A stretch of DNA of 64,000 nt from Octopus sinensis (taxonomy: Eukaryota): positions 70,990,001 through 71,054,000 of the forward strand of contig NC_043007.1 of the NCBI RefSeq assembly GCF_006345805.1, written 5' to 3'. Below, one piece after another: positions 36,963 to 51,463 of the stretch. The notes beneath the pieces were generated by a model, which was given only the letters and a program-made list of their open reading frames with translations, ran no database searches and was not told where the DNA came from. Numbering within the stretch: position 1 is the stretch's first letter; each line of letters opens with the position of its first letter. A program made the translations under genes and the position numbers.

Positions 36963-37156
36963 CTAATTAATGAAGGATAAAACCATTTGATAATTCTGTC
37001 AAGTGGTTAGCATGTTAACTCCATTTAGGAAAATATTTATACTGATATATAATTCTATAATTATATATCAGTATATATATATATATATTTATTTATTTAT
37101 TTATTTATATATATATATATATACAGAGAGAGAGAGGTGGATAGATAGATAGATAG

Positions 37157-37221
<65 letters not shown>

Positions 37222-37761
37222 TATAGATAGATAGATAGATAGATAGATAGATTGCTATGTACATGCATGATTATGCTTATACTCACAGACTCACTCACAA
37301 AAAACAAACCAAAAACTGGATATTATGTTCATAAATTATTTAGGTATGTCATTTTATGGACATTTCATTAGCACTGAAAACACAATGTTATATTTGGAAA
37401 ATCTTATTAGTTGATTGCTTTGTCAGATCTTCAGAGATTATTTAACCTTCGTTAATAACCTTTATCATTCATGCTGTATAATGACACTGTTGCCAGTCCA
37501 TTATGAGTACAAAAGATTCTACCTCTGAAGATTTGATAATGTGACCAACTTATAAGATTTTCCTTATAGAAAGAACTCTTGGTTTTCCATTGTTAATGAA
37601 ACATATGTAACATGATATATGTAAATATTTTATGAACAAACTCACCTGGTTCTGTTTTTGTTTTCTATATATCTGAAATGAAACTTGGTCTATAATGTTA
37701 GTCCTTGACAGAGTTTGTCTCTGGAGGTACAAGAATATATCTATATGTCTCTCTCTTAAAA

Positions 37762-38082
37762 GACTCCGCCGGTTACGACGACGAGGGTCCCAGCTGATAC
37801 GATCAACGGAACAGCTTGCTCGTGAAATTAACGTGCAAATGGCTGAGCATTCCACAGACACGTGTACCCTTAACGTAGTTCTCGGGGATAATCAGCGTGA
37901 CACAGAGAGTGACAAGGCTGACCCTTTGAAATACAAGTACAACTCATTTTTGCCAGCTGAGTGGACTGGAGCAACGTGAAATAAAGTGTCTTGCTCAAGG
38001 ACACAACGCGTCGCCGGGAATCGAACTCACAACCTTACGATCATGAGCCGAATGCTCTAACCACTAAGCCACGCGCCCTCAC
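37762..38082 (-). mobile_element. SINE family D, young full-length copy
   Basis: CpG-rich; on + ends gggaatcgaactc...accactaagccacgcgcc (B and A boxes on the minus strand). Confidence 0.9.
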
Positions 38083-38214
38083 TCTATATGTCTAAATATG
38101 AGTTGTCATGCAATTTAAACTGCACCACTCTGTATTATATATATGTGCACACGTAGTCGCACATGTATATAAGTATGTATATATGTATGTGTAACTACCT
38201 ATGTATTTAACTGT

Positions 38215-38276
<62 letters not shown>

Positions 38277-38288
38277 CATATATAAACA

Positions 38289-38497
38289 TACAAGAGGGTG
38301 CTGAAAAGTACCTGGCTTTAGGTAAAAGAAAATACAGGAGGATCAGTTTAATTATGATTTTATTCAACATATTCTTCTCTCAGATTCATACACTTATTGC
38401 AGCAGTCCTACAGTTTTTCTAAGCCTTGTAAAAGAACTCGAAGGGTTAGGCCTCTAACCAGGCCCTTCACAATACCCCTTAAAGCCAGGAACTTTTC
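38289..38497. mobile_element. mariner-type MITE with truncated right end
   Basis: TA-caagagggtgctgaaaagtacctggcttta ... taaagccaggaacttttc (17/18 inverted match). Confidence 0.68.
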
Positions 38498-38552
38498 TGT
38501 ACAAACAGAAAAATAGAACTCAAAGCATGAGTATGTATATATATATAAGAAG

Positions 38553-38742
38553 AAGAAGTGAGGTGCTCAGAAATTCGGATGGTTTTATATTTACAGATAT
38601 TTATTTGTATATTACATGTTTTTATACATCATATATCGTATATCATATATGATATACGATATATGATGTATAAAAACATGTTATATACAAATAAATATCT
38701 GTAAATATAAGAAGATCCGAATTTCTGAGTACCTCATTTCTT
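38553..38742. repeat. Near-perfect ~190-bp palindrome
   Basis: Symmetry centre 38647/38648 (cgtatatcatatatgatatacg); arms match out to aagaagtgag/ctcatttctt with few mismatches. Confidence 0.93.
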
Positions 38743-39314
38743 GTAGTATAAAATACCTGTACATCATCTCCAAACCTTCTAATATATATATATATATACA
38801 TGTTTTATTGATAATTGGTAGAAGTTACAGATTGATTCAAGGCCCAATTATTTCAGGTGTTGGCACAAATATGATATATATATATATATTAATGTATACT
38901 GATTGCTTAGTGGTTAGTGTGTTGCATTCATGATGATAAGATTGTGGTTTCAATTCCTGTACCAGGTGATGCATTGTTGACCAAGAGCAAAGAGTTTTAT
39001 ATTATGTTGGTCCATTCCAGTCAACTGGATAAAATGAATATTCCTCTGAGGGATGGTGTCCCTTCCAGTGGGGAGTATGCATACCAGTGAATCTGGGGAA
39101 CCAGCCCTATGATACTATATGATTTAGAAAGAAACTTTGTCTGTTTTTGTTGTATAATATATATATTATGTATAATGTGTCGTATGTATTTATATATGTG
39201 TACATATTGATGTGCTCACAATCATACATATTTAGACATAGATATGTGTTTTTATGTATCTATATATACATGTATGTTCAATTGTGTGTATGAGTATATA
39301 AATATATGCTGTTA

Positions 39315-39349
<35 letters not shown>

Positions 39350-39456
39350 ACAGACATATATATATAAAGTCTGTATGAATTCATATTATATGTAATCATG
39401 TGTATTTATGTATATACATATACGCACATGCATATACACACATATATATATATAAG

Positions 39457-39496
<40 letters not shown>

Positions 39497-40899
39497 GTAC
39501 ATATACATTTATGTATATATGTGTTTTATGTATGTGTATGTTCATGTGTGTATTCATATCGTATATACTTATGTCTATCTAAGTACATATAGACACATAT
39601 AAATACATGCATATATATATATATATGTACATATGTGTATGCACGGGTACATTTCCAAATGCATATGTATATATTCACACACACATATGTTTATGTATGT
39701 GTTTATATATATGTGTGTGTGTAAACATACATGGTAGGCTTCTTTCAGTTTCTTCTCGCCAAATTCCCTTACGCATCTTCGGTTCACCAAGTACTGTAGC
39801 AGAAGCCATTAGCCCAAGGTGCCACACAGTGGGACTGAAACTGAATCCATTTGATTTGGGAAGTGAGCCATGCTTGTGGCTGTTTTGTGTATATGTGTAT
39901 ATACATACATATATGCACACATGTCTGTCTGTCTGTCTGTCTGTCTGTATGTATGTATGTAAGTATGTATGTATATATATAAAACACACATATATATATA
40001 TAAAACACATGTATGTGTGTGTGTGTGTGCTCGTGCATTGTGGTATGTGTGTGTGCTCGTGCATTGTGGTATGTGTGTGTGCATATATTTCAATATACAT
40101 ATATATGTATATGCATTTTATATATGTATATATACATATACATACATACATACATACATATATCTGTGTATTTGTATGTGCGTATTTGTATGGATGCGTA
40201 TTTGTGTGCATGCATATTTATTGTTATGTGTACATTTACAAACACACACATACACATGTTTAGATGTATACATCATCTTCTTAAAGTCTATTCAATAGAA
40301 ATTATTTAAATGTTGCCTTACTTAAACAGCACCTGGTGTATGTGTGTGCGTTGTGTTTAGTGTGTATGTGTGTGTACGTCTGTGTGTGTTTGTCTGCGAA
40401 CTTACAGACACACTCTTGTATTGGTTTTTTTCTTTAGATATACATACACTTGAATGCACTTAAACAAAGACATATGCACACATGCATTTAATGCATCTTA
40501 TATACACAACTGCAAGTCAATGCATTTTCATGCAGTGAAAGACACACAGAATAGATACCCCACCCCCACCTTCACTGCAACAGTTGTGTACAATAAACAG
40601 TTACACATAGTGGAGTATATATATGTATGTCGACGTTTATGTACATGTATATATGTATACATGCATGGACAGAAGTAGTATAGGAAGACAATGATGAGAT
40701 GTTCGCACATGCATACACAGACATGTTGATTAATAAGCACATGTTGCTTTACAGCTCCAACAGACTCATCAGGTGTCAGTGCCTCTCCACTTCTCTCCAC
40801 CCCACTACATCAACCTTCTTATTTCTTGCTGTTTTCCTTTTCTTGTTTCTTTTTACGTATCATTCTCAGATTTTAAATGTAGTTCTCAGTAGATAACTT

Positions 40900-41200
40900 C
40901 TCCGCTGCATTGATTTACCATCACATCTTCAGTGGACCGGGCGGTGGAGAAACGAATCATCGCGAATCAGGTGCTGGTGTGGAACTCTTACCCTCTTCAC
41001 ATCTGTCATAATGTTTTCTAATTGCTTTCTCAATAAGTCATCAAGTCCACTGCATCATCAATATGAACAGCCTGCTTGTCTATTATTGCTTTTGCCCTCA
41101 CATGGCATGTTTTGAAATGGTTTTTTCTGAACAATGCACGTGTGACCCTCACCAAAACATTCCTCGCACCCAAAGAACTATAAAAAAACTCAGTATTAAG
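40900..41200 (-). mobile_element. Possible mariner transposase N-terminal remnant
   Basis: Minus-strand FGEG...VQKKPFQ...VKRVRVPHQHL loosely resembles the HTH region and WVPHEL motif; no TIR found. Confidence 0.3.
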
Positions 41201-41984
41201 AATGATGTTACTAGTGATTTGGTACACTATTTTAGCAGTTCTATTATTGAAAATCTTGTACAAACAGGTAGGTTGGTACCAATATTTAGTTTTGCCATTT
41301 TCGTCAATTTTTTTGAATTATTTTGAATTTACATTATTTTTACAAATTTACTTTGAATTTTTACGTAGTTATGTTTTTGCTGAATTTTTATATATGAATA
41401 TAATTTCATTAATTCCCAACTATATTTTTTTACATTTCACAAGTTTTTTTTCCCATTAATTACAAAAATGCAAAACAAACAAGAAAAAAAGAGAATTTAA
41501 ATATTAATTCATTAATTATCAATAAATAGGTTTATCTGTATTAGTAACCAGTTAAAATAATAGGTTATTCAGTAAGAGGAAATGATGTTAACAACATGAC
41601 ATGAAGAGAGGGAGAGAGAGAAAGAGGGAGAGAAAGAGAGAGAGAAAGAGGGAGAGAAAGAGAGAGAAAAACAGATGGACTCAACTGTATTCGAGTCGAG
41701 AATGGAGGTGAAAGTTCAAAGAGCATCAACTGTAGAGGAGCGACAAGCTGGAACCAGAGTAGTAGCATTATGAATGATGTCTGGTAAACAATCGAAATAT
41801 TTACCATTTGCTACTAGCTTCAATCAAATACTTATTTTTTTTTTGCTCTCCATATTAATTCTGCAAATAAGATGTTTGTATATTTTATATGTAACAAAGA
41901 CAATATATGAATTTATAAAATGTATGTGTATGCATTTTTTTTTTCTGCGTGTTATATGCGTGATATTTTCTCTGTGCGCGTGAG

Positions 41985-42017
<33 letters not shown>

Positions 42018-42112
42018 TATATATAATGTAAATATCTGTGCACATATCTGTGTGAAGCTATATCTTATACAGTTGCATGTGTGTGTGTGTGTCTGTGTCT
42101 ATATATGTGTTT

Positions 42113-42186
<74 letters not shown>

Positions 42187-42373
42187 CATACACATACATA
42201 TATGTATATGTATATACATATGCATACATATATACATATGTGTAGTGTGTGTCTGTGTATGTGCAACTATATGTGTGTGTATGTATGTAAAAAATTATCT
42301 ATGTATATTTAACAAGTATGTATGTGTAATAAATATATGTAATACATGCATGAAGGACATATATTATGTTATA

Positions 42374-42409
<36 letters not shown>

Positions 42410-43273
42410 CACATACATATATGTATATGTATATACATATGCATACATATATACATATGTGTATGTGTGTCTGTGTATGTGCAACTATATGTGCTTGTGT
42501 ATGTATGTAAAAAATATCTATGTATATTTAACAAGTATGTATGTGTAAATAAATATATGTACATACATGCATGTAAGGACATATATATATGTATATATTA
42601 ATATATATATAATATATATATATATACACACACACACACTTTCATTTCTATCAATGAATTGTGACCATGCTGGAGCAGTATATTTAGATGTTCATTCAAT
42701 GAAATACTCTTATATCTAGCACTTATTCTATCAATCTCTCTTTGCAGAAATGCTAAGTCACAGAGATATAAACTTATTAACCTAACTTGTCAGGCAGTGA
42801 GAAACAAACACAAAGAATCACACACATGCACACAGTCACAGACACACACACACAACACACACATACACACAGATGCACAAAGTTGCACATAATGATATTC
42901 ATACACAAATAGACTTCAATATTGCTTCTGTCAAGCAAATTTACTCATGAGTCATTAATTAGCAAGTGATGTAGTAAATGTCACTTGTCCAAGGTACTGT
43001 GCAATGGCACTGAACTCAAAACCATTTGTTGCAAATTGAACTGCAAAACTGTGCAGCTGTGACAACACCTTGGCATGCACACACACGTGTGTGTGTATGC
43101 ATTAATTTATACTTATACATATGTGGGTGTGTGTGTGTATATAAATAAATATATATATAGATTATATATATATATATATATACATACAATATATATATAC
43201 ATACATATAATATACATACATATATATATACATACATATATATATACATATATATATATATATATTATATATA

Positions 43274-43321
<48 letters not shown>

Positions 43322-43411
43322 TATATTATATATATTATATATATATATATATATTATATATATATATTATATTTTATATATATATATACATTTATTATTA
43401 AAACACATATA

Positions 43412-43614
43412 AGGCGAGCTGGCAGAATCATTAGTGTGTTGGTTGAAATACTGCTGCTACATTCTGAGTTCAAACTCTGCCGAGGTCGACTTTGCATTTC
43501 ATCCTTTTGGGGGTCAATAAAATAAGTACCAGTTCAACTCCAGAGGGTCGATGTAATGGACTTAATTCCTTTCCCCAAATTTGAGGCCTTGTGCTTCCAG
43601 TAGAAAGGATTATT
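43412..43614 (+). mobile_element. SINE family B copy
   Basis: aggcgagctggcagaatc...gaggtcgactttgcatttcatcc...gtagaaaggattatt. Confidence 0.85.
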
Positions 43615-43658
43615 AAAATGTATACATATTTATGTTTGTATGCATATAAATATGTGCA

Positions 43659-43697
<39 letters not shown>

Positions 43698-44040
43698 ATA
43701 CATACACATATCTATGTATATATGTATATGCATATATATATGTGCATGCATATATGTATTTGTGTGTTTGTGTGTATATGTATATAGATACATATGTGAT
43801 GATGATGATGATAATGATGGCTGTCCACTAATGACCAAGGGGAACCAACACTGACCATTGCCCATGCTAAATGCCCACAATATCTGTGCATATGGCAGTT
43901 GAATTCACCCAGGTATGCATCTGCGACTTCCTAGCTCACAATGTGTACCTGACCAGACACAACCTAAAATTTCAAGTCAATATATATGCATATACATACA
44001 TATATATATATATGTCTGTGTGTATATATATGTATCTCTA

Positions 44041-44150
<110 letters not shown>

Positions 44151-44182
44151 CTTATCTATTTATCTATTTATATATATATATG

Positions 44183-44500
44183 TCACCGTGATCACCGTGA
44201 CTGACCAGGCTATCAGATGTTGCTACACATCGCTGGTCACAATGCACTTTGCATTGTTTTAGCCTTCAAATGACACCACCCCACTGGCTAACCATGCAGG
44301 CCAACAGAAGAAAGAGTGAGAGAAAAGGGGTGGTGGCAATCCCTGTTGAGTACAGCAGGGATTGCCACTGCTCCCTGCCAGAGCCTCATGAAGCTTTTAG
44401 GCGCTTTCGCTCAATAAACATTCACAACGCCCAGTCTGGGAATCAAAACTGCGGCCCTACGACCACGAGTCCACTGCCTAACCACTGGGCCACTGTACCT
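44183..44500 (-). mobile_element. SINE family E, full length
   Basis: tRNA-like head on the minus strand (ccactgggccactgtacctcc); internal hairpin gtggcaatccctg...cagggattgccac; tail shared with ~17082-17190. Confidence 0.82.
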
Positions 44501-44765
44501 CCACACACGCACACATATATATGTAATATAATATATATATATATATAATATATATATATATATTGTATTATATATGTATAATATATATATATATTATATA
44601 TATATAGATATATATGTATATGTATATGTATATATATATGTATATATATATGTAATATATATGTATATATATATGTATATGTATATATATGTATATATAT
44701 ATGTTATATATATATGTATATATATATATATATGTATAATATATATATGTATATGTATATATATG

Positions 44766-44804
<39 letters not shown>

Positions 44805-44817
44805 TGTATATATATAA

Positions 44818-44852
<35 letters not shown>

Positions 44853-44856
44853 ATCT

Positions 44857-45222
44857 TTTATTATCTTACTCGTTTCAGTCATTTGACTGCAGCCATGCTG
44901 GAGCACCACGTTAAAGGATTTTAGTTGAAGTAATTGACCCCAGGACTTATTCTTTGTAAGCCTCATACTTACTCTGTCAGTCTCTTTTGCTGAAGTGTTA
45001 AGTCATGGGAACATAAACACACCAATATTGGTTGTTGAGCAATGGATGGGGGACAAACATATATGTATAATGATTTTCGTCCCTTTTCCATCTGCCAAAT
45101 CCACTTTTAAGGCTTTGGTCTGCCCAAGGCTATAGTAGAAGACACTTGCCGAAGGTGCCACTCAGTGTGATTGAACCCTGAAGCATGTGATTGGGAAGCA
45201 AGCTTCTTACCATACAACCACC
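44857..45222 (-). mobile_element. SINE family A copy
   Basis: Reverse-complement family A tail and head. Confidence 0.82.
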
Positions 45223-45658
45223 CCTGTATATATGTGTGCTCCCTCACATCTTCACCATATTCTTTGTCCCCCTACTCCTTACTCTAGTCTCTTGTCTGGC
45301 ACAAAGCCATTTTTTCCAGTGCCATTTTCCTTTGTCCTTCATGCTTGCATGGGTTGGGTGGTTTGACAGGAACTGGCAAACCAGGGAACTGCATCAGACT
45401 CTGTTGTCCACTTTGGCATTGTTTCTACTGCTGGATGCCCGGATGCCCTTCCTAATGCCTACACAAATATACATGTGTGTTTGTATGTGTTTATGAGTGA
45501 GTATTGCTTGTGTAGGTGTGCATGTGTGTGTGTGTGTGTGTGGAGCCAAATCAAACTGTTTTAAATAATAATGATGATAATCATGATAATAATAATAAGA
45601 ATAAAATAATAATAATAATAATAATAGTAATAATACACACACACATATATGTATATTT

Positions 45659-45696
<38 letters not shown>

Positions 45697-45734
45697 CATT
45701 CATATATGTATGTATATATATACACATACATTCA

Positions 45735-45767
<33 letters not shown>

Positions 45768-45790
45768 CATACATTCATATGTATGTACAT

Positions 45791-45825
<35 letters not shown>

Positions 45826-45944
45826 ATATATACATTCATATATGTATGTACGTACATATATATATATATATATATCACACACACATACATATAGATGTGT
45901 GGATATATATATTGTATATATATATGTATATGTATATATTATAT

Positions 45945-45986
<42 letters not shown>

Positions 45987-45999
45987 ATATATATAATAT

Positions 46000-46030
<31 letters not shown>

Positions 46031-46203
46031 TATATAATATATATAATATATATATGTATATACCACACGCACGTACAATGTATGTATATATATGTGTGTG
46101 TGTGTGTGTGTAGTTCATAGATGAGATCCCAGTATTCTCCTTGTAGAATACCCTTAGTAGTTCGCAAGTGATTCAAACCTGAGTGGGTATAGAATTAAAT
46201 GTT

Positions 46204-46507
46204 GGGATAAGCAAGTTAGACAGATCAATATATAAAGTATATACATGAAATACAAAAAATGTATATATGCATATATATATATATATATAAGAAGGTCCGA
46301 CTTACACAGAATACAAATGATATAGAGAATTAGAGGGGTTGTGGAAAAATATTACAAATCCAGCAGCTAAAAGCGTTCCTCAACCCCCTTAATTCTTTAT
46401 ATCACTTGTATTCTGTGTAAGATGGACCTTTATATGTGTATACATATATACACTTTTTGTATTTCATGTATGTAATATACTTTATAAATAGATCTAAGTT
46501 GCTTTCC
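46204..46507. repeat. ~300-bp fold-back element
   Basis: Inner arms aaggtccgacttacacagaatac...ggaa (46292-46345) / ttcc...gtattctgtgtaagatggacctt (46377-46430); outer AT-rich arms also complementary. Confidence 0.85.
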
Positions 46508-47429
46508 TTGACATTTACTTATACGTATGTATGTATGCATGTATGTTGTATGTATGTATGTATGTATGATGTATGTATGTATGTATGTATGTATGTATGT
46601 ATGTATGTATACACACTTACATACAAAATGGAAATGTTTGGTGCTCCTGATGTTTAGAAGACAAGAAATCCTGCTGATCATTGCAAAACTGAAGCTTTAA
46701 AAGCATTTTGTGTATATACACAACAACGCTAGAAATCCACTTTGTCTCTGTCAAACTTTAAGCACCCTTTCATCTCTTTCTTATTCATCCTTCCAGCACA
46801 CTTCTAACCTCTGCATTATTCTGTTGCTCTTCACTGTTTCTGTACTTCCACTCATTACCTCCTCTCCCCTGAGCCACTTCTATTGACATCCATCCATCAT
46901 TCTTACCAGCTTTACCCCATCTCATATTTACCATGGACTACATCTTCATTCTTGCACACCATCCTCTACTTTCATCCCTACCCCTCTTCCTAACCACCCC
47001 TCACTTCCCTTTCTCCATCCACCTGCTAAATTTACTCTGCAACCGCTCCTGATTGTCTTGTCCCCTAACACTTTTAATCATTTTCTTCTGCCTTGAACAT
47101 AACTCCCTTTCCAACTTCACCCTATTTACTCCTACTCACCCTTATATAAGGTGGAGTAAACATGTATCTCATCTTCAGCAAGAAACATATTCTTGTCTCA
47201 CTTCTGAAAGCCCTGTTTGTGTGTGTGTGTGTGTGTGCATGCGTACATGTGCTTGCATATGTGTGTGCATGCGAGAGAGCATAATTGGGACCCTCACTTA
47301 ATCAGTTACCTCTTTGCATTACTTCCCCATCACATCTCTTTCCTGCTGTAGCTCTCCCCACCCCTCATTCTGTTACCATTTCTCTTTCTTGCTACCCAGA
47401 ATCATCTCATTTGTAAGCCTCACATTATA

Positions 47430-47830
47430 GGCGCAGGAGTGGCTGTGTGGTAAGTAGCTTGCTTACCAACCACATGGTCATGGGTTCAGTCCCACTGCAT
47501 GACACCTTGGGCAAGTGTCTTCTGCTATAACCTCGGGCCGACCGAAGCCTTGTGAGTGTATTTGGTAGATGGAAACTGGAAGAAGCCCGTCGTATATGTA
47601 TATGTGTGTGTGTGTGTGTGCTTATGTGTCTGTGTTTGTACCCCTAACATCGCTTGACAACCGATGCTGTTGTGTTTATGTCCCTGTATCTTAGCGGTTC
47701 AGCTTAAGAGGCCGATAGAATAAGTACTAGGCTCACAGAGAAGCTCTGGGGTTGATCTGCTCGACTAAAGGTGGTGCTCCAGCATGGCCACAGTGAAATG
47801 ATTGAAACAAGTAAACGGAAAAAGAAAAGA
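47430..47830 (+). mobile_element. SINE family A, full length
   Basis: ggcgcaggagtggctgtgtggtaagtagc...gattgaaacaagtaaac. Confidence 0.92.
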
Positions 47831-48730
47831 AGAATTATGTTGGTCATCCTGTCCTAGCACTGGACCATCTAATATCTCTTGTATGCTATATATGTCTGTT
47901 TGTCTGTCTCTCTCTTTCTCTCTCCCTCTCACTCTCCTTCTCATGCTCTCAAGCAACCTACCCAAACATGCCTCCTTTCTTTCCTTTCCCTCTCCTTTGC
48001 ATCATAATTACTGTCCTGTTGCTTGCATCTCCCTACCTTCTCCAACCCTTGCACCACTGGCCTCTCCTACCCACATACCCATCACTTTCTCCATCCACTC
48101 CATTAACCCTATCCATTCGTTACACATCTTGCCTACTTGCCCCTTACCAATTTTTCCCCTATATCTTGCCAATTCTCATACACCCTCGAACCCCTTCCTC
48201 CTCCATCCCCATCTCCACATGCTTCTAGCTTCTCTGTCTCCCCCCACCAATACTCACCTCATACTTAGAGGTGCCACCTGGACATCTCACCATTATTCAG
48301 CCCTTTAGACATACCACTGGTTCATTCTGACTCTCTCCCAAAAATGTGAGTAGCCATGGAGCTCCTTTACAAGAATCTGCTCTAACCCAACTCTTTCTCA
48401 TGCTCTAGACCTTCCCCCCCATCTTGGTTTTATAGACTTGTGAGCTACATGGCAACTTCACTAGAGCCAGTAGCATTAAAAAAGCACCTTGTACACTCTG
48501 TAAATTGGTTGGCGTTAGGAAGTGCATCCAGCCTTAGATACTGTGCCAAAGCAGAGACTGGGGTACATTGCAGTTTTTGGACCCATCAGCACCTTGTCAA
48601 AACACCCGACTCCTGCCAACCTGGAACATGGATGGTAAAGGATGATGATATATGTTTGTGTGTTTGTATATGTGTGTATATACATATATATCTATATATG
48701 TGTGTATATATCTAAATGTTTGTATGTATT

Positions 48731-48767
<37 letters not shown>

Positions 48768-48774
48768 ATGCATG

Positions 48775-48832
<58 letters not shown>

Positions 48833-48859
48833 TGCAGGTGGAGACAATAAGGTGGCTGG

Positions 48860-49720
48860 GATCGTTCTCAAAATAAGTTGTTTTGGTTATGCTTCAGCAA
48901 TGATATACTTAGCCAGGATCATTCCATGGCTTTCTGTCTCATAGCCAACCATTGTTCTTTCTTCTTCAAGAAACCTATGCCTCACAGAGTAAAGGTAGAA
49001 TGGTACCAATGAAGAGATTGATACACTGTCCTCTGGGCTCATCTTTATTTGAAGCAAACACCGTCTACTCTGCTCTTACTCCATGTGAGATTTCAGTGTT
49101 CATGTTTCAATATATATTTATCTGTCTCAAACAGATGTACTGCTTTGACTCCTCACTATCATCACTTCTCATTACTAATAAGCCTTTTGCAATTTTTGTA
49201 GTCTCTATATTTTTTATTCAAGCAATTTATTATGAATCCTCCTATAGAGGAACTCTGGGTGTCCAGTTCTGTCAGTATGGTCTACAGCAGATTTATGATT
49301 CATCGGATGAGCACAGCCTTGTCTGTGAGTCAGAGGTGTGTAAGTTGCTTACCATTGTTGTTGATGCCACCTTTCCAATCAGTTTCTCATGTTGATACTT
49401 GAAGCGAAAAACTTTAGGGAAGTGATATATTCTTGTTATGTCAACTCTTCTCCACCAGAAATCTTAGGGTGGTGGCAGTGGAACTATATCAATGGTATAT
49501 CCTGAGTTCACTTCCCTGAGAAGTTTGATGTATTGGGCCTCAATTCCTTGCATCTCCAGACACATCAGCACTGCATTCAAATTGATGCTATTGAAGGCCA
49601 TACCATAATCTAATCTATAATTTATGCAAAGAGGCGACTCATATCCTTTTGCTCATTTTACATGTGTTAGAACAAATATGAGATCTAAAAGACTGGAGTT
49701 CTTCCAAAAACCAGCTTGCT
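48860..49720 (-). mobile_element. Decayed LINE reverse-transcriptase fragment (RTE-like)
   Basis: Minus-strand AFNSINLNAVLMCLEMQGIEAQYIKLLRE resembles KAFDSV..AVL.AL..QG...YI.LL. Confidence 0.6.
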
Positions 49721-50591
49721 GCCTATGGAAAGACTGTCTTGTAGAAGCAAGAACATAATTGATTTGCTAGAGGTCAGAAGCCGGCTAAAATGAAGAGGCC
49801 TGCTCACCCTGCCAACATGGGTGGTATCATTTAAAACACTGTGTAAAGATAGATTCAGCCACCTGCTGGTCAATTAGATCACTCTACAAGTGACCAGAGC
49901 TTGCTATGAATTTTAAGTAGCTGAAGGTTGCCAAAGAGTCAGATTACAAACCTTACCACTTACCACTGAAAATCATTGGCAAAGAAAACCAGTAAGATTC
50001 ATCTAATGGAGAAGAAAGTTAAGATCAAATGTGGTATACTAAGATTTGGCAAGACACATTGAAAGGAAGAACTGAATGTGAGATGGATGAAGGGAAATGT
50101 CATGAGACTGGTCAAAGTAGAGAGTGTGAGAGGAAGAGTTGGTATGAATTCCACTGTTATTTTGAAAATTGTAAAATGGTTGGAAGTTTATAGGGAACCA
50201 TGAAATATAATAATTTCTTTTGCAACTATATTTTGTTTGAGATTGTTGATTTTTTTGATGATGCAAAAGTTCACATAAGTAGTGTTGAGTGTGCATTAGA
50301 AGGCAACATTTCTTAATGCTCCAGTCCTTGTTATACAGTGTGTATGTGAGCAAATATTGATAGTCCATGTCATCACTTATCTGCAAAATGGTAATGGGAT
50401 GTTTATATTCACTGTTGACACTATGATCAGCTGCTCTACACTTCTAGAACCGAAGATGAGGTTGATAGGAGAAAGTGTGTTCATCTCTAAAATGGTACTT
50501 GAAATGTATCTCCTGCCAACATTTAAAAATGTGTGTGAAATGAGCAAATAAATAAGTATATAATATAAATAAAACATTATAATACAAGGGA

Positions 50592-50684
<93 letters not shown>

Positions 50685-51299
50685 AATAGCTGGTATTACT
50701 CCATCTGGAAAATAAATGGACCAGAAGTATTCTTAAATAAATCATTCAGTTTAATAGAATTCTGATAGACTCCACTTGAAAAGTTATCTTTCATGTATGA
50801 AATGAAATTGGTCTCCAATATGTTCTTACCAGTCAAATGTCTAATGAAGTGTGTTATGGTTACATAGATAATATAATAGTATGGTTACTAATTTGCGTAA
50901 ATAGCATAGATCTAATTCAAGGAGATTAAAAAATGAGCAGAAGATTTGATAAATGTGAAATGAGTTTTATTTTATTTGAAGCTATTATCAAACATGATGT
51001 ATTGTCTTTTACTCTTGGAATTCTTTGATGTTTAAAATAATTTGAAAAATGAGTAAAACAGGTGTGTTGAGAAAAAACACACAGATAAAAATGAACTCAT
51101 TCTTACAATGTGTGGAAACCAGAGTATCCAGAGAAACAGAGATAGCCAAATATTGGAATCGTAATATAGGTAATGATGAAGAAATAAGAGTTGCAATAAG
51201 CCCCAATCGTTGGAAATTGTTGGAAAGTTGGAAATTTCAAAGATTGTCTTGTCAACATCTTGTCCATGTTTATGGCATTTACCATCTGTGATATAAATA

Positions 51300-51412
51300 A
51301 AGAAACTTTAAAGAGACTTCCATCTTTTGAATAGCCAGCATAGAATTGGTTATTAATAAATCAATACGCAGTCCAGCAAGAATTGTCCATGTTTATTTCT
51401 GGAGTTTATTAA

Positions 51413-51463
<51 letters not shown>

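Noticed and set aside
37038-37075. 17-bp perfect AT-rich hairpin
   Set aside because: Made largely of TA repeats, which are self-complementary; expected in this context.
49900-50520. Possible L1/Tx1-like RT remnant (ISDDMD, TLSPINLIFG)
   Set aside because: Only two loose motif echoes; not enough without an alignment.
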